Of a stretch of 34,820 nt of DNA, positions 34,109 through 34,820 are shown one piece after another. Position 1 is the first letter of the stretch. Every line of letters begins with the position of its first letter. The stretch spans positions 1 through 34,820 of the IMG/VR virus record IMGVR_UViG_3300038674_000863. One strand, given 5' to 3'. Under the pieces are notes generated by a model. The model searched no databases and was not told where the DNA came from. It saw only the letters and a program-made list of their open reading frames with translations. The position numbers were made by a program, and so were the translations under genes. Source of the stretch: a virus. Lineage: Duplodnaviria > Caudoviricetes.

Positions 34109-34521
34109 TAATTAATCTCCTCGAGCGCCAACCGCGCTCTTTTTGTAGCCTTTCGTTTTTCAATCTCGGCCTTACCCCAGGCGAGAACCTTCTTTTCTTC
34201 ATGTCCAACTATTTCACAGCCAAGAGAATCTGCCAGGACAGATAAAGGACTATTGTTACCAGTGGAGGTGCAAAACAGGACCAGCTCAACCAGGGAGGGT
34301 AACCTGGAAGGATCGCTGTCCTTACACCAGCCATCAAGTTTATCCTTTGATATTTTCTGTCCTGGCATGCTTTCTTTGGCAGAAAGTTCGTTCATTCGAT
34401 CTGATATTTGATCCCGGGAGAGCGTAGATGTGGACAAAACAAGGCGGATCTGCCTTTTTATTTCATATGTGGGATTGATCCCTCGGGTCTTGAACAATTT
34501 TAATTGAGTTTCATTGTACAT
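34108..34521 (-). CDS. Phage regulatory protein (CII-like HTH)
   Basis: LSRDQI..RM..L......ISK..LDGW......R.P....L..FC; position after ner. Confidence 0.55.
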   Translation of the reverse strand: MYNETQLKLFKTRGINPTYEIKRQIRLVLSTSTLSRDQISDRMNELSAKESMPGQKISKDKLDGWCKDSDPSRLPSLVELVLFCTSTGNNSPLSVLADSLGCEIVGHEEKKVLAWGKAEIEKRKATKRARLALEEIN

Positions 34522-34572
34522 TTTCTACCCGCTTCTATGATTTTTACGTCCAAACTTCCTTTAAAATGAACA

Positions 34573-34602
34573 TTGACAGGTTATATATTTAACCTGTAAG
34601 AT
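34573..34602 (+). promoter_or_regulatory. Putative antisense promoter overlaid by a palindromic operator
   Basis: TTGACA-18 bp-TAAGAT; inverted repeat ACAGGTTA-N6-TAACCTGT at 34576-34597. Confidence 0.55.
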
Positions 34603-34610
34603 GCCCCTTA

Positions 34611-34820
34611 TTAGCTAGCTTTTTTAAGTTCAGGCCAGACCTGCTCAACGGGTTTATCGATTGCTTCAGCAATGGCTTTCATTATGTGGGTGCTTTTTCT
34701 TTCACGGTTAACCACCATTTGAACCATTGTAGGAGTGACGCCTGTTTCTCTGGCAATCTGGCTCATGTTTTTTATTTTGCGGACCTTAAAAAGCTCTAAA
34801 CGTATTGTTTTTGATCGCAT
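34611..34820 (-). CDS. ner: Ner/Cro-like HTH early regulator
   Basis: MSQIARETGVT.TMV..V......S..I..AIAEAIDKPVEQVWP. Confidence 0.8.
   Translation of the reverse strand: MRSKTIRLELFKVRKIKNMSQIARETGVTPTMVQMVVNRERKSTHIMKAIAEAIDKPVEQVWPELKKAS

Larger units (their letters stand above)
840..34820 (-). mobile_element. Mu-like transposable prophage with siphovirus-type tail; continues beyond the window
   Basis: TG terminus with tandem 22-bp sites, DDE transposase plus AAA ATPase, Gam, GemA, Mu-type head genes, tail tube/chaperone/tape measure and no sheath gene. Confidence 0.93.

Overview
Positions 1-~839 are flanking DNA with a GNAT acetyltransferase and a YbiI-like TraR/DksA zinc finger gene. 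From 840 to the end of the window lies most of a Mu-like transposable prophage, almost entirely on the - strand. The end at 840 is marked by TG followed by two tandem 22-bp putative transposase-binding sites. Read in the direction of transcription (right to left), the genes are: ner-like, CII-like, small ORFs, an AT-rich hypothetical, DDE transposase A, ATPase B, a wHTH protein, GemA, Gam, Cys-rich hypotheticals, a 3D-domain muralytic protein and two Fn3 proteins. A structured leader with a strong terminator follows, then a lysis block (M15 endolysin, cold-shock protein, holin), terminase, portal, G, F, I/Z, decoration protein, capsid T, gp36, gp37, a siphovirus-type tail (tube, -1 frameshifted chaperone, tape measure, tip proteins) and a Dam-like methylase in the position of mom. 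The repressor and the other end should lie beyond 34820. The most unusual observations are: (i) roughly 30 short repeat tracts from about ten families at gene junctions or fused in frame, with no cognate mobiliser gene; (ii) no recognisable Mor/C activator, but a structured late leader, a terminator and a phage-borne Csp; (iii) an exact internal copy of an end-binding site; (iv) a probable leaderless antisense membrane-protein moron over the tape-measure start; (v) a candidate antisense RNA upstream of dam. A Desulfobacterota-like host is an impression only. All family calls are by motif recognition and synteny; no searches were run.
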